Source: Anneissia japonica
Taxonomy: Eukaryota
Direction of reading: 5' to 3'
Assembly (NCBI RefSeq): GCF_011630105.1
Contig: NW_022686322.1
Location: forward strand, 3,767,837-3,798,982
DNA length: 31,146 nt
Shown here in pieces: positions 20,563 through 31,146 of the stretch. Every line of letters begins with the position of its first letter. Positions within the stretch are counted from its first letter, which is position 1. A program made the position numbers and the translations under genes. Under the pieces are notes generated by a model. It saw only the letters and a list, made by a program, of their open reading frames with translations, made no database searches and was not told the DNA's origin.

Positions 20563-21200
20563 GTAAATAGATGTTCATATTCATTTGTTTTGTTTGTTTT
20601 ATCAGTTTTTGTGTTTAGGAGCATTAAAAATTTACAGATTAAAAATATACTGACACCTTAGTCTGACATGAATTTGAAAAAAAATTAGCATTTTTAATGT
20701 ATATTTGTTTCCCTATTATCTGAAAATTAGAACACTAAAAAAAAAAAAACATTTCTGGTAAAAAATGTATAGATATTTGATTTTGTGAAACATTTAAACC
20801 ATATTTTATTTAATTTTTTTAATTATTTGATAATGGTTTTAAGAAACATATTTGACATAAAATTTTCAAATACTGCAAAATTTGATTAAATTTAATAAAA
20901 CAAAAAAACTAATATTATTAGAAAGTTTATTTATATGCATTTACAGTAAAATGGAAGCAGAGAATGTTTTTGAAATTTATTTTTCTATAATTGTCAGAGC
21001 AGTATAATAATTTATTCATAATTCAATAATTTATATAAATTCCAATATAATGGTGCAGCACTATAAATAATTGAAAAGAAAGTCTTGATTGATTAGTTGA
21101 TTGGTTGGTTAAGGAATATTTTATTCTACAGATAAATTAAATTGTGTTTTATGTGTTTTTTTAATTTTTCTTTTTAAACTCAACTTTTTTGTTTAAATAG

Positions 21201-21322
21201 ATGCACAAGATGTTCTTCATATGCAGGTTTTTGAGAAGTCCGACGATGAAGATGAAGAACCAAGAGAAATCTTCCTGTTTAGGGAAGGTTCAGTTGTCTT
21301 CTGGAATGTTCCTGAACAGCTG
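21201..21322 (+). CDS. RMND1: RMND1 coding exon 3 (DAQDVLHMQVFEKSDDEDEEPREIFLFREGSVVFWNVPEQL)
   Basis: Acceptor TAAATAG|AT; matches human …[23 protein letters not shown]; donor CTG|GTTTGT at 21323. Confidence 0.8.
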
Positions 21323-22470
21323 GTTTGTGTCATAGCTCCCCTTTGTAACATAATTAAGTAAATGTAATTTTTGTTGTATTTTGTATGTGTGTTTTTGTTA
21401 ATACAAATAGTATAGTGGGTTGTGTACTATTTGGTATTTATTCCTAGAAAAATGGATTTAGAAGGTGTGATTGTATAATTTCTTTTTAAAAATTTTATTC
21501 AATTTAGTAAAAAATTCATATACCGCAAAAAAGAACAATATATTTTTCGAAGACTAATGATATATTTAACTATATCACATGTTTAATATTTATGATTCTG
21601 TACATGGTACAACAAATCTCATAACTTTATTTTTTACTTATATCTTGTATCTTGTTTAGAACAGAGCATATATATAAAGAGTTGCGATATTCCCCTCCTC
21701 GGTTTACAAAACACCATCCATTTTTGTGTCCAAATCTTCCCGATAAACACATGCAAAGTATTATGAGTTAGGTACATTACACAGTATTTTCACATGATTA
21801 ATTCTGTTTATGATGTTATTGCTTAATTAATAACTATTTAATATCAAAAGCGTGATTTAGAATTTATCTTTAGAATTTGAATATTTGTGCATGTTCACAT
21901 GCACTTGATAATAAATTTGATTTACATATAAATTATAATTTTGTTAAAGGTTTGTCTATTCTATGACTGAAAAGAACTGCCTTTCTTGTCAAAAATTATG
22001 TTTTGCTCTTAACTTTAGGCCTAAACCATATCAGTTTATATATTGCGGCCAACTGACCTATACCATTTTAATATTTATAAATAAATAATTAAATTAATAA
22101 TATAAGATTTGTATAGGGCTCGCTCATATTCAATTTAAAGAACAATATTGATAATTCAGAACATAGGAATGCACATTGCGTTGGACACATAACACGCATC
22201 ACGTTGGACACGGAATGGCTTCTAAATGATCAATGTCGCAATTCTTTCTACCTATGGCTCTGGTTTAGAATACAGTCTAGCGCCCTCTATAATTTATCTT
22301 GCAAAACTTTTGTTGAAAAATACAGTGATATGATATTCAGATGATAATTATCAATGTATATATTATATACCATCTCATATACGTATTTGATAAACTGTAT
22401 TCTACTTGAGTCGTTAAAAACCAGTGTCAAGTGCTGTCTTCTTTATGTTAATTTTTTTTTCAAATTGTAG

Positions 22471-22571
22471 ATTAAAGGTGTGATAAGGACAATAACAAAA
22501 CACCAAACCCATGCTTATGAGATTGCATTAGTCACTTGGGAGAATGAACAGATGAGCTATACATATGATAG
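22471..22571 (+). CDS. RMND1: RMND1 coding exon 4 (IKGVIRTITKHQTHAYEIALVTWENEQMSYTYD + split Arg)
   Basis: Acceptor ATTGTAG|ATT; matches human …[27 protein letters not shown]; donor GATAG|GTAAGC at 22572; phase 2. Confidence 0.8.
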
Positions 22572-23068
22572 GTAAGCAGTAGAAGTTGTGCTAGCATGGG
22601 GGGGGGATGTGGGGGCAGGAAGCACCCACCATCCCCATTGTTCGACACCACAACAAGGTCGTGGGACCAAATATAATAATTCGCATATCCGCATAACGTT
22701 ATTTTGATTGCTAATCCCTAATGAAGCTCAATGTGGCCCAACTTAGCCATAAAACATCTCCCTGTGAAGCCTACCGGTGATTTTTATTTGGGGACCCTGA
22801 TAGAGGTTCTAGTCGGCCCCTCGGTTTGCACCCCCTGTCAGACAGGTCGGACACTTGTCAGCAAATTTCTGGGGCCACCACTGGTAAGCAGAGAGAAAAC
22901 AAATATTTGTGATGAATGTATTTTTTTAAATTTCTTCAGACATCATGACTAAAAGAGATACCGGTATTCTGGAAGGGACATGCCAGAGTGGAACTAAATG
23001 ACCGCAACCAACAAATTCACCAATTGTTTGCATAAATTTACATTAAGATTTGTAATTTTTTATTGCAG

Positions 23069-23178
23069 GGATGTGACAAGAATAGCAAATGGTGATACTA
23101 TAATATTACATGAGAACAATGATCCAGAGAAAACTGTTTTAGAAAAATTTGCATTTTCAAATGCACTCTCACTATCTG
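23069..23178 (+). CDS. RMND1: RMND1 coding exon 5 (R DVTRIANGDTIILHENNDPEKTVLEKFAFSNALSLS)
   Basis: Acceptor TATTGCAG|G; matches human …DDAILEKFAFSNALCLS; donor CTG|GTAAAT at 23179; phase 1. Confidence 0.8.
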
Positions 23179-23526
23179 GTAAATGAACTATGATGTTTTT
23201 ATAATACTGTAGCTCCTAATGACAATACTAAATATATTTTATTTAGCCCATTTTAACAAAACAACCCCAGTGCAAGCGTACAGTGCAAGCTAATACTCTA
23301 TATTACTTTTGTGTAAAATAGAAGACAACAAACATGTTTCTATTCTATACCATTTTTACCCCTCTTCAATTATATGTATATATTATAATTATATTTATAT
23401 ATGTATATGTATATTGGTGTATTTGTGGCTACCGATGATAGGAAAGCGAAAAGAGGCTTTGACCATCATGCACTACAATATATAAAAGTGACGTATTATT
23501 ATTTTTTTGTTTCTGTTTGTCTCAAG

Positions 23527-23591
23527 TGAAACTAGCTATCTGGGAATGGTGTTTAGATCAATTTGTGGCTTCAATAGAGTGGGTTCCTGAT
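23527..23591 (+). CDS. RMND1: RMND1 coding exon 6 (V KLAIWEWCLDQFVASIEWVPD)
   Basis: Acceptor CTCAAG|TG completes Val; matches human [22 protein letters not shown]; donor GAT|GTAAGT at 23592. Confidence 0.8.
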
Positions 23592-23929
23592 GTAAGTATT
23601 TAATTCATACATAGATAATTTGCTTATATCATAATTTTTTATTATGATAATCACTGTTAAAAAATATTTGTTTAAATATTATAAATTTTTTCTTTATCAT
23701 TATTAAAAATAATATATAATTACTATCAAGTAGTAAAACCCTAGAGAATACATATTAAGGAGAATCTGTGAGGGGAATTATTCCAGAAAGAAACACTTCT
23801 GGGCACAGTCATGTGGTTGTAAAAATGCTGTTTACCCCAAATTTAAATTAATAATCTGCTGTATATAGACATTAAATGAATTTTTGCCTATGATGTTTTG
23901 CTCTATATATTATTATTGTTGAGGTTTTA

Positions 23930-24290
23930 CATTTGTTAGAGTCGAGTGACTGAGTTGTAAGGCAGGGGCGCTGCTAACTACAGCCTTAACATTGCTCCTT
24001 GCCCAGTAATTGGTTGGTAGAACCAAATCTTCTCGAATAAGGACTTAAATATGGACTTAAATATGGGAGGTCAAGTGTATACATCTGGCTTGTGTGCACT
24101 TTAAAGAACCCATTGCATCTTTTTGAAGAGTTTGGTCCTATGGTTCATTTCAGTCCCTGTTGTTCAGTCCTTGTGGAATGATGTGAACTAAACACCGTTC
24201 TGTGGCTGCTACAGTAGTCATGGACCATCCCCATACACAATTCAGCACATGACGCTGCGAGTTATGGGTTTTTTCCTACATTTACCTTTA
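23930..24290 (-). repeat. SINE-like dispersed repeat copy (longer, inverse orientation) in RMND1 intron 6
   Basis: The reverse complement of 23941-24060 aligns with 7455-7600 (ATTTAAGTCC…GTTAAGGCTGTAGTTAGCAGC…ACTCAGTCACTCGAC). The extent towards 24290 is inferred. Confidence 0.45.
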
Positions 24291-24303
24291 TACATTTCAA
24301 CAG

Positions 24304-24501
24304 AATCTGAAAGCTGGGAAAAAACTTAAGATGAGTAAGGAGCAAGTGTTGCGAAAGCTTGGCGAATTGTTCAGCTTACGTCACCGTATAAACCTAACCT
24401 CTGATCTACTTATCTCGCCTGATTTCTACTGGAATCGAGATGATTTAGAGCTACTGTTTACTAAGACCTGTAATTTTCTTAGTATAGCCAGAAGAACAAA
24501 G
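24304..24501 (+). CDS. RMND1: RMND1 coding exon 7 ([66 protein letters not shown])
   Basis: Acceptor TTCAACAG|AAT; strong match to human [66 protein letters not shown]; donor AAAG|GTAATT at 24502. Confidence 0.85.
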
Positions 24502-24995
24502 GTAATTTTTATTGTTCTCATTGGACTTTGCAATGTTTTGAAACATTAATACTAATTACATCTTCACTGCACCCTAATGAAACTCTCATATACAGTCAGC
24601 AGGGGTCCCAAGTTTCCCGGAGTCTCCAAAAAATCGGGACAGTTTCCCCCACTCCTGCAAGCAAGCAAGCAAGAATCTCCTGGAAAAAAACCCATCTTTT
24701 ACAAATTCATAATATTTGTATGTTTTTACAACTTTATTATCAATTGTCACACGGAAGTCAGTGCCTATGTGTATCACAATGCGTAGAAAAATAAAATTAA
24801 ATGTGTTAAGAAAACTCATTTAACCTGATCTGACTAACCAGACCCCAGTAGTGAGTCATAGTTAATAAATAAAATACATTTTTTTTCGATCACAAGCTAC
24901 CAAAAGTTTGAACTGTATGTCTTCTCTACTGAATTCATACTTACTGATAGTACTGTACATAGTTTCATTAAATTATATCTTGTTGCATCTTCAAG

Positions 24996-25112
24996 GTATT
25001 AAATGAGAAGCTAAATCATTGTTCGGAGCTGGTGGAGTTGATGCGGACACACCTCAATGAACAGCACTCCTTCAGGTTGGAATGGATGATCATTGCCCTC
25101 ATTACAGTTGAG
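24996..25112 (+). CDS. RMND1: RMND1 coding exon 8 ([39 protein letters not shown])
   Basis: Acceptor CTTCAAG|GTA; matches human [39 protein letters not shown]; donor GAG|GTAACT at 25113. Confidence 0.8.
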
Positions 25113-25586
25113 GTAACTAAAACAAACATAGTTTCAAGTGAGGCTTGAAAAATTTTAATTCATGCAAAAGGAGTTCATTAAAAGATGAGCAAAATTGACT
25201 TAATGTGTGTAGAGTTGAGGGCAGATTGAAGTATGTTGTCTCTTGTGGACTGGTGTATAAAGTGAAGTGGGGGTCATTGGCAAATCCAGCAGTATTGAAA
25301 GAGGTGCTTGCCTCTTGGCAGCAGCCAAAAAAATCTCTAAGTGTAAAATAAGAGATTAAAACTCAATGGGGTGAGGGGGTGGCTATTCCATCTGCTTTGC
25401 CTCCTGGACCTCCAAAATAGGTAAGGGAACACCCTCAACCAACCCCCTCAGACCATAGTTTCTCGATTGCCTCTCATGCCCTCTGGCAAAAAAAAATTAT
25501 GGATTCGCCACTAGGGTAGGATTGTTTTTCAACAGTTTACCATTTCCAAAGTAAATTATTGTTTTGTTTTCTTCTTATGTTGCTAG

Positions 25587-25682
25587 GTTATTTTTGAAAT
25601 TGTGCATTATATCAAAATGTATGTGCAGGAAAAAGGGGACCATCTCCAGGGTGAACATTATGAAACAAAGAAGGCTTCTTAG
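25587..25682 (+). CDS. RMND1: RMND1 terminal coding exon 9 (VIFEIVHYIKMYVQEKGDHLQGEHYETKKAS*)
   Basis: Acceptor TGCTAG|GTT at 25585-25586; matches the human C-terminus VMFELGRVFF; stop TAG at 25680-25682. The reconstructed CDS is about 1428 nt, about 475 aa. Confidence 0.65.
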   Translation, partial: VIFEIVHYIKMYVQEKGDHLQGEHYETKKAS

Positions 25683-25766
25683 CTGCAGCGGAAGACATGA
25701 TGATTGGAGCATTATGAAATAAAGAAGGCTTCTTACATTGCAGCGAAAGATATATACTGGTTGGAG
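25656..25766 (+). repeat. Tandem duplication (2 x about 55 bp) spanning the RMND1 stop codon and proximal 3'UTR
   Basis: CATTATGAAACAAAGAAGGCTTCTTAGCTGCAGCGGAAGACATGATGATTGGAG is followed by CATTATGAAATAAAGAAGGCTTCTTACATTGCAGCGAAAGATATATACTGGTTGGAG. Confidence 0.65.
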
Positions 25767-26794
25767 CAACAAGTTATTTGAAAGATGATTATGTAAATAA
25801 GACTGAATTATTTTAAAATAATTTTACAACATGCTATGCTTATTTTAAAAGTTATTTTAGGCCTACTCTTATGAAATAAGGGGTAGGCTTATTTATACCT
25901 TGGTGGAACAATTTGGAAATTGCTTAAACCTTAAATGATGAGGTTATGACTGGAAAACTACAGTATGTATTTATGTTGCATGTTCAGAGTATGAATATAA
26001 TTTACAGGGCACTCCTAGCTCCCCATAGTTGGAGTAAATATTAACTAAAATAATTAAAAAGACATTAATAAAAATACAGATATTTGACAAATATTGTCAA
26101 GACTTTATTTAAATTTATTATGACATGTCAGTTATACACACTATATTTGCTTTCTATTTAATTTATCATTAATACTTCAGTACACTGTATACACAGTACA
26201 TTAATTAGACAAAATGTGCAACACAAAAATAGCTGTGTTGAACCAGACACCAAAATGGTAATACTAGGCTAGGGCGCATGATTTGCATGATGACATGACC
26301 CTACTGTATGATGGATTCATTCATCCATGACCATTCTGCATTCTATACACAACGTACATTGGGGCAACACTACAGTACATCTTAGAATTCAGATGATGAT
26401 AACTCGGAATGCTTCCATGTGCAATGGATTCAGCATGCAATTCAACTCTCCTTAAAACCACTGAAGTTCTAAAGTATGTAGAACTGTAATATATCGGTAT
26501 TGATGTTTAGACCATATCTATTAGTGGAGATAATAATGCCTTTAAAACATGTATGAAAATTCTTTCCAAGGTAAGCCCTTATTCAACACTATAGGTATAG
26601 CATTCTGAGTTTGAGCAAGCCACTATGTAAGATATTGAACACCTACAATGTGATGCACAAACCCAGAATTCAGGTTCCAGTTTATTTTGGCTGTTTAATA
26701 TATTTGACACAAGGTACAAATCGACTTGAGTTAAACTTGACTAATTCTGTGTTGGACGGTAGCAAGTTGCATATCTGAGCTAGTATTTGGACGG

Positions 26795-26800
26795 TTTATT
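26795..26800 (-). other. TEKT1: Candidate polyadenylation signal (AATAAA on the - strand) for the tektin gene, about 170 nt past the stop
   Basis: TTTATT on the + strand, which reads AATAAA on the - strand. Confidence 0.4.
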
Positions 26801-26968
26801 TGTAAGAATCACACCAGCATTCTCACTATCTTGACATAACATTTTTATTAGCGGTAGAATTTCTCTAGTAGAATACACTTTGTTGAGATCAATACTTCAA
26901 TCAAGTGGATGAGTTTCAAAAAATTGATTTTGCAATAATTTAATTAATATTTGGTTATATTTCGAAAT

Positions 26969-27325
26969 CTAGAATTTTTTAATGAAGATGCTCTTGCGAA
27001 TTCCCATACAGTTAGCTTCATCAATGTTCAATGTATTTGACTTGACATCAATGTCTTCCTCCAAGCGAAGTTGGTTGCGAATTAGGCCTTTAAGCTCCAT
27101 CTCTGCTTGTGCTAAGGTTTCTTGAAGCCGTTTAACATTTGTATCAATCTCGGCAACTTCATTGATAAGACGGTATTGGACGGGATCACGACAGAGTTCA
27201 ACATTTGGACGCGTAGTTCGGGCATCAAGTCTGGTTTCGGATAACTTCATTGGTCCAGTTTTGTCCCCAATTGCTTTCTGTAGTTTCTCGATATTTCCTT
27301 CCATGTCGCGTATTTGTCCAAGAAT
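26969..27325 (-). CDS. TEKT1: Tektin-1-like terminal coding exon 5 ([118 protein letters not shown])
   Basis: Acceptor CTCTTCAG|ATT; contains the tektin signature nonapeptide RPNVELCRD; matches human …[82 protein letters not shown]; stop TAG at 26971-26969. The total CDS is about 1209 nt (402 aa). Confidence 0.85.
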   Translation of the reverse strand: [118 protein letters not shown]

Positions 27326-27956
27326 CTGAAGAGGTCAAAGACATAAATTTACATAAAAAACACCAACACAATCATCTTTCTAATCTAATTTGTTGTCTCT
27401 CATTAACCAAAAAATTACTTTTTTTGTCAAATTCTTGTCTCTAATAATTATTTGTTGAGCAAAATGATCTTGAATTTCTTTTCATATTTTACAATTTTGA
27501 TAAATGGAAATAAAATGTACAAAATACATAATTAAATAGTACCATTTCTAAATTCTTTGCACAGAACCATAAATTGGCTGTTAATATGATCCTGCAGTAA
27601 GGTATAAATTAGCAAAGATCTGAATTGTTTTCTCAATCGATAATTTATGAAATCTGTTTAACTAAGCAATTTAATGTAGTTGGGTTGGATTTTTTTTTAA
27701 TTTAAAATGTGTTGCTACAGTCAAGGAGACGCTAACGTTAAGGAGTGTACAGTGTAATATAAGCCAGCTAGAACCATTCTGATAATGTTTGGAAATTCAA
27801 TAATGATAAGTTAACTGGCATTCCAAACAACAAGTCAGGTCTTATTATACTATACAATACTTAATTCTTTGTATTTGATTACAAAGTGGCAGTAAAGATC
27901 ACATGACCGATTGGGCCTACTGAAGTTGTAAATTATAAATGCCGAATGACACATAC

Positions 27957-28179
27957 CCTGGCCAGGTGTGATTCTAACTTGCTCTTAGCCAATGCTGTCT
28001 CCTCAATCCTCTTAGTGAATGCGAGGTTTGTATCATTAACTTGTTGCTGCATATCATCGGCTGTCGTCGCCAGGATACTGTCAATTACGCTACGCAGATC
28101 TACTGCACATTTTCTTTGTTTTTCAGCCTTGTTGATATTCTCGTTTGAGAAATCCTGCCAATTTTCGGGAGTTACAGAG
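27957..28179 (-). CDS. TEKT1: Tektin-1-like coding exon 4 (N SVTPENWQDFSNENINKAEKQRKCAVDLRSVIDSILATTADDMQQQVNDTNLAFTKRIEETALAKSKLESHLAR)
   Basis: Acceptor TTTTACAG|C; matches human [75 protein letters not shown]; donor CCAGG|GTATGT. Confidence 0.8.
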
Positions 28180-28750
28180 CTGTAAAACAAAAGAAGATAT
28201 TGTGATTGATAGAAGTGATAGAAGTGATTGGGGGTTTATACATATCATGTACATACAAAATAATAGAATAAATAATAAAATTCATTTGATACCTCCATGA
28301 TTCATAATGAGAATTGCCATCGCACAAACCAGCATACTTTTGCTAAATACTACAACGAGTAATTAGCATAAGAAAGTGGCAGTATTGTATACTTAGTATC
28401 TGTAGAGATAAAGCCATTATGCTTTTACCCATAACAATGGCAATAGTAAATAAATTTCAGTAAATGACCTATCATTTTAAAGCTAATAATGTGAAGAATA
28501 ATATTAAACAGTCCATTTTCTTGTTTTGGTCACTAATGCTGGTTTGGCCACGGCAAGCTCCTTATATATCTCTGTTTTCTTTCAGTTGAGTAGTCGTCTT
28601 TTATGGGGACCTTCAACACATTAAAAAGTAAGGGATTGTCTCCTAGGCTACTGCCCAATTACTACCAAAAGGAACCATCTGAAAATGAATCTTTAGGCTT
28701 TCATGGGCTATCCTTGTTGCTCACACTAATTAAACCCAATTCAAACTTAC

Positions 28751-29023
28751 TTGGCCACAATCTTTGCTGATCCAGGGACTGATCGGAGACCGGAATGATC
28801 ATCCCGGAGTTCACGACAGTCGCCATCAATGCTCAGCGCCTGGAATTTGTCCTTCAGATCTTTCTCAAGGTAGTATTTCTTTGATCGCATAATCCTAATC
28901 TGCTCCGTTGTTTGCTCCAGTGTACGCTGCAACAGCGACATCACACCTTGAATAACTTCACGCTCTTTAATAAGGTTCTTCTGGACATCGTCATGCACTA
29001 AATCGATTGACACACGGCCTTCT
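28751..29023 (-). CDS. TEKT1: Tektin-1-like coding exon 3 (R [90 protein letters not shown] + split Asn)
   Basis: Acceptor CTAACAG|A; matches human [67 protein letters not shown]…; donor CCAA|GTAAGT. Confidence 0.8.
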
Positions 29024-29452
29024 CTGTTAGAATAAAAATAGATGAAAAATCAATATAATAGTGATTTATTCTCACCACAACATGAGTTACATTGTTGAAA
29101 ATCACTTGAGTTAATAATGGTACATTTTCATAGATTACAGTACAGTATAAGCTTTTATTTGGAATTTTAATGAAGAGATATGAACTTTTCATTTTTAGAT
29201 ACTGTATATGGAATCCTGGTTTGGGGGAACCACAGCCTCTGTTTAAATAACAGTAAATAAATAATTGGAATAAAAGCTCTAAATTTGAATGAAGAACACT
29301 TTTATAGTTAAAAAACCAAAAATATAATTACTGAAATATTCAAAATAATTGGGACCACAATTTGATAAAAAAAAAATTTCACTGTGACTGATCTCTACGA
29401 TGATACCAATGATACAAATAATTTTGTTGTGGAAACCTCGCAAATGCTTTAC

Positions 29453-29618
29453 CTATTTGCCAGACACTGATTTACAATTGCAAGTGGTTGTTTGCATGCC
29501 TCAAAAGCGCTTTCTAATCTGGTCTTGTAAGCTAGTAGCATATCAATCTCCTTCTTACTATCATCTAGTTTACGGTCCAATTCGTCTTTCCAAAATGTCA
29601 CATCATCTATTCTTTGAT
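29453..29618 (-). CDS. TEKT1: Tektin-1-like coding exon 2 (DQRIDDVTFWKDELDRKLDDSKKEIDMLLAYKTRLESAFEACKQPLAIVNQCLAN + split Arg)
   Basis: Acceptor (T)nCAG|AT on the - strand, preceded by a poly-T tract; matches human [22 protein letters not shown]…[28 protein letters not shown]; donor AATAG|GTAAAG. Confidence 0.8.
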
Positions 29619-29998
29619 CTGAAAAAAAAAAAAAAAAAAGGATTCAAAATGGAGAATGAAACTACTTCAAAAACTTAAAATAAATGGTCTCTAAGGATTA
29701 AAAAACAAAAGGGGGTGGGTAGTGGAACAAACTCTTCCAACAAAACCCCAGTAAGTATGTGCTAGTGGTTACATAAGTTATCAAAGGCAATACTGTATCA
29801 AAGTTTTATGCTAACAAAAAACAATTGAAATGATTTATCACAATTAGCGAAATAATTATGCTGCAATTAATTTTTTTAATTCTTCGGGCAAATTAGTCCT
29901 ACTTTCTAAACAATAGATACAGTTGCCCTGTTTCACTAGGCACTACTGGACTCACTTCACCAATGCAGACTATAAAAAACATTCAGATGTTTGCTTAC

Positions 29999-30188
29999 CA
30001 AATTTCTTATTTACATCCCTTTGTGTCTTTTTCGTTGTCTTGTCTGTCTCTTCAATCAATCTATCACTCTCTGCAATCAATCTCTCTGCACTTGCCCGTT
30101 GCTTTTCAGCACTATCATACTCAAGGCAATTATTTAGCGTCCACTCAGGATGTGTGAATGTAGTTGGTGCTTGAATAAGCTTTGCCAT
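29999..30188 (-). CDS. TEKT1: Tektin-1-like, coding exon 1 (MAKLIQAPTTFTHPEWTLNNCLEYDSAEKQRASAERLIAESDRLIEETDKTTKKTQRDVNKKF)
   Basis: Start ATG at 30188-30186 (- strand); matches the human TEKT1 N-terminus [24 protein letters not shown]…[30 protein letters not shown]; donor TTTG|GTAAGC (- strand) just below 29999; phase 1. Confidence 0.82.
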
Positions 30189-31146
30189 ATTGATTTGTGA
30201 TATCTGGAAAAGATTTATAGTTTTAATAAATTGATTATACAATACACATAGCCTTATCTAGCTCATTATCACAATGATTCCATAATCTATTTAATGATTG
30301 AAATACATACTACTGTGGCAAATTTAATTATGTCCAATAAGAATGGTAAAATTATAATTAAATACCTATTCACAAAAAACGCAAACCTCACTGTAAACTG
30401 TTTACAACAATTCATTCAACCAATTCAGAGATTTCCCATGTGCGTTGATTTGCTGTTGATTTGATCGTGTAAGTTGTTCAATACTTGCTTTTTAACGAGT
30501 AGAAACTCCTTTGTTTTTACAAAAATTTGTTTGGTGAAGTTAATGTACTTCACAAGACTACAATATAAACATTTTCACGTTTAGTGAAGATTTGATTTTC
30601 GTACATGGTACAGTACATTCATGAATTTAACTTGTCAACAAAAGAGCCTCGCCAAATCAGTGCCGTGGTGAGCTTGGGCACCGCAGCTTGGGGTGGGCCG
30701 AGGCTAATTTCGAGCTGAAAGTTGAACTCATAATAGTCATATTAACAAACATTTAACCAGAATCGTTAAATTTATGTGACCGATAATGCAAGTTTTTTTA
30801 AGTATGACTGCGCATGCGTTATTTATTTCACGTAAATATTTCTTTTTACTGATTAGTTTATGATGGAGTGCATTTCAATACTTGAAGTATGTATTATACT
30901 TTCTGATTAGTTTACTGTGACATAAATAATTAAAAATATAGGCCTAGGCTAGGTATCCACTTCCTATCTAGGCCTAGGCTAGCCTAGGCCTATATAAAAT
31001 AATAAAAACACAAATAAATAATGTTTTCTTAATCTTTATTCTTACTTAGGCCTAGTAGACAGTGGCGGCTCTAGGATAAAATTTATGGGGGTTAAGATGT
31101 CTGACTGGGGTGGGGGGCTAAGTATTTATGGGTGTAAGTGCGCAGC

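Noticed and set aside
24586-24819. 77-aa - strand ORF and overlapping + strand ORFs within RMND1 intron 7
   Set aside because: It is AT-rich with no recognisable similarity and no splice context, so it is a chance ORF.
1-31146. Search for CRISPR arrays, operons, rRNA or tRNA genes, or vault RNA
   Set aside because: The sequence is eukaryotic (spliced genes, polyadenylation signals). No regularly spaced direct repeats with unique spacers were seen, no tRNA-like A/B-box cloverleaf candidate, and no vtRNA-like Pol III unit near MVP. The G-rich elements checked (e.g. 30655-30720, 22790-22830) do not fold into tRNA structure by eye.

Overview
This is an AT-rich metazoan (invertebrate-like) nuclear genomic window. 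It has GT-AG introns, abundant microsatellites and MITE/SINE-like repeats, so it is not prokaryotic; no CRISPR array, rRNA or tRNA gene is evident. Three protein-coding genes can be reconstructed exon by exon from the six-frame ORF track plus splice-site reading.

- **Major vault protein (MVP), + strand:** 13 coding exons between 6776 and 17237, about 851 aa, collinear with vertebrate MVP from the MVP repeats through the C-terminal coiled coil.
- **RMND1 / DUF155-family homolog, + strand:** 9 coding exons between about 19818 and 25682, about 475 aa.
- **Tektin-1-like gene, - strand:** 5 coding exons between 30188 and 26969, about 402 aa, with the diagnostic tektin nonapeptide RPNVELCRD. It is convergent with RMND1.

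A further - strand 3'-terminal coding exon (18955..18719) belongs to an unidentified gene.

The most notable observation is an assembly chimera. A 38-bp Nextera/Tn5 mosaic-end junction adapter (CTGTCTCTTATACACATCT|AGATGTGTATAAGAGACAG) sits at 19116-19153. It is followed immediately by a 622-bp block (19154-19775) that is a near-identical second copy of the MVP intron10/exon11/intron11 region (14521-15142). That copy differs at three sites, all synonymous or intronic. The block then abuts the RMND1 first coding exon directly. Because of this, the 5' ends of RMND1 and of the - strand gene are unreliable in this assembly.

The non-coding space contains several transposon-like structures: a roughly 960-bp MITE-like element with 45-bp TIRs and TA flanks; a roughly 1.8-kb inverted-repeat element; a 265-bp near-perfect palindrome and a second inverted-repeat pair in MVP intron 12; SINE-like dispersed copies in opposite orientations; a minisatellite in MVP intron 4; a 300-bp tandem duplication carrying an Sp1-type GC box just upstream of the MVP ATG; and numerous (TA)n, (ATT)n and (TAA)n tracts.
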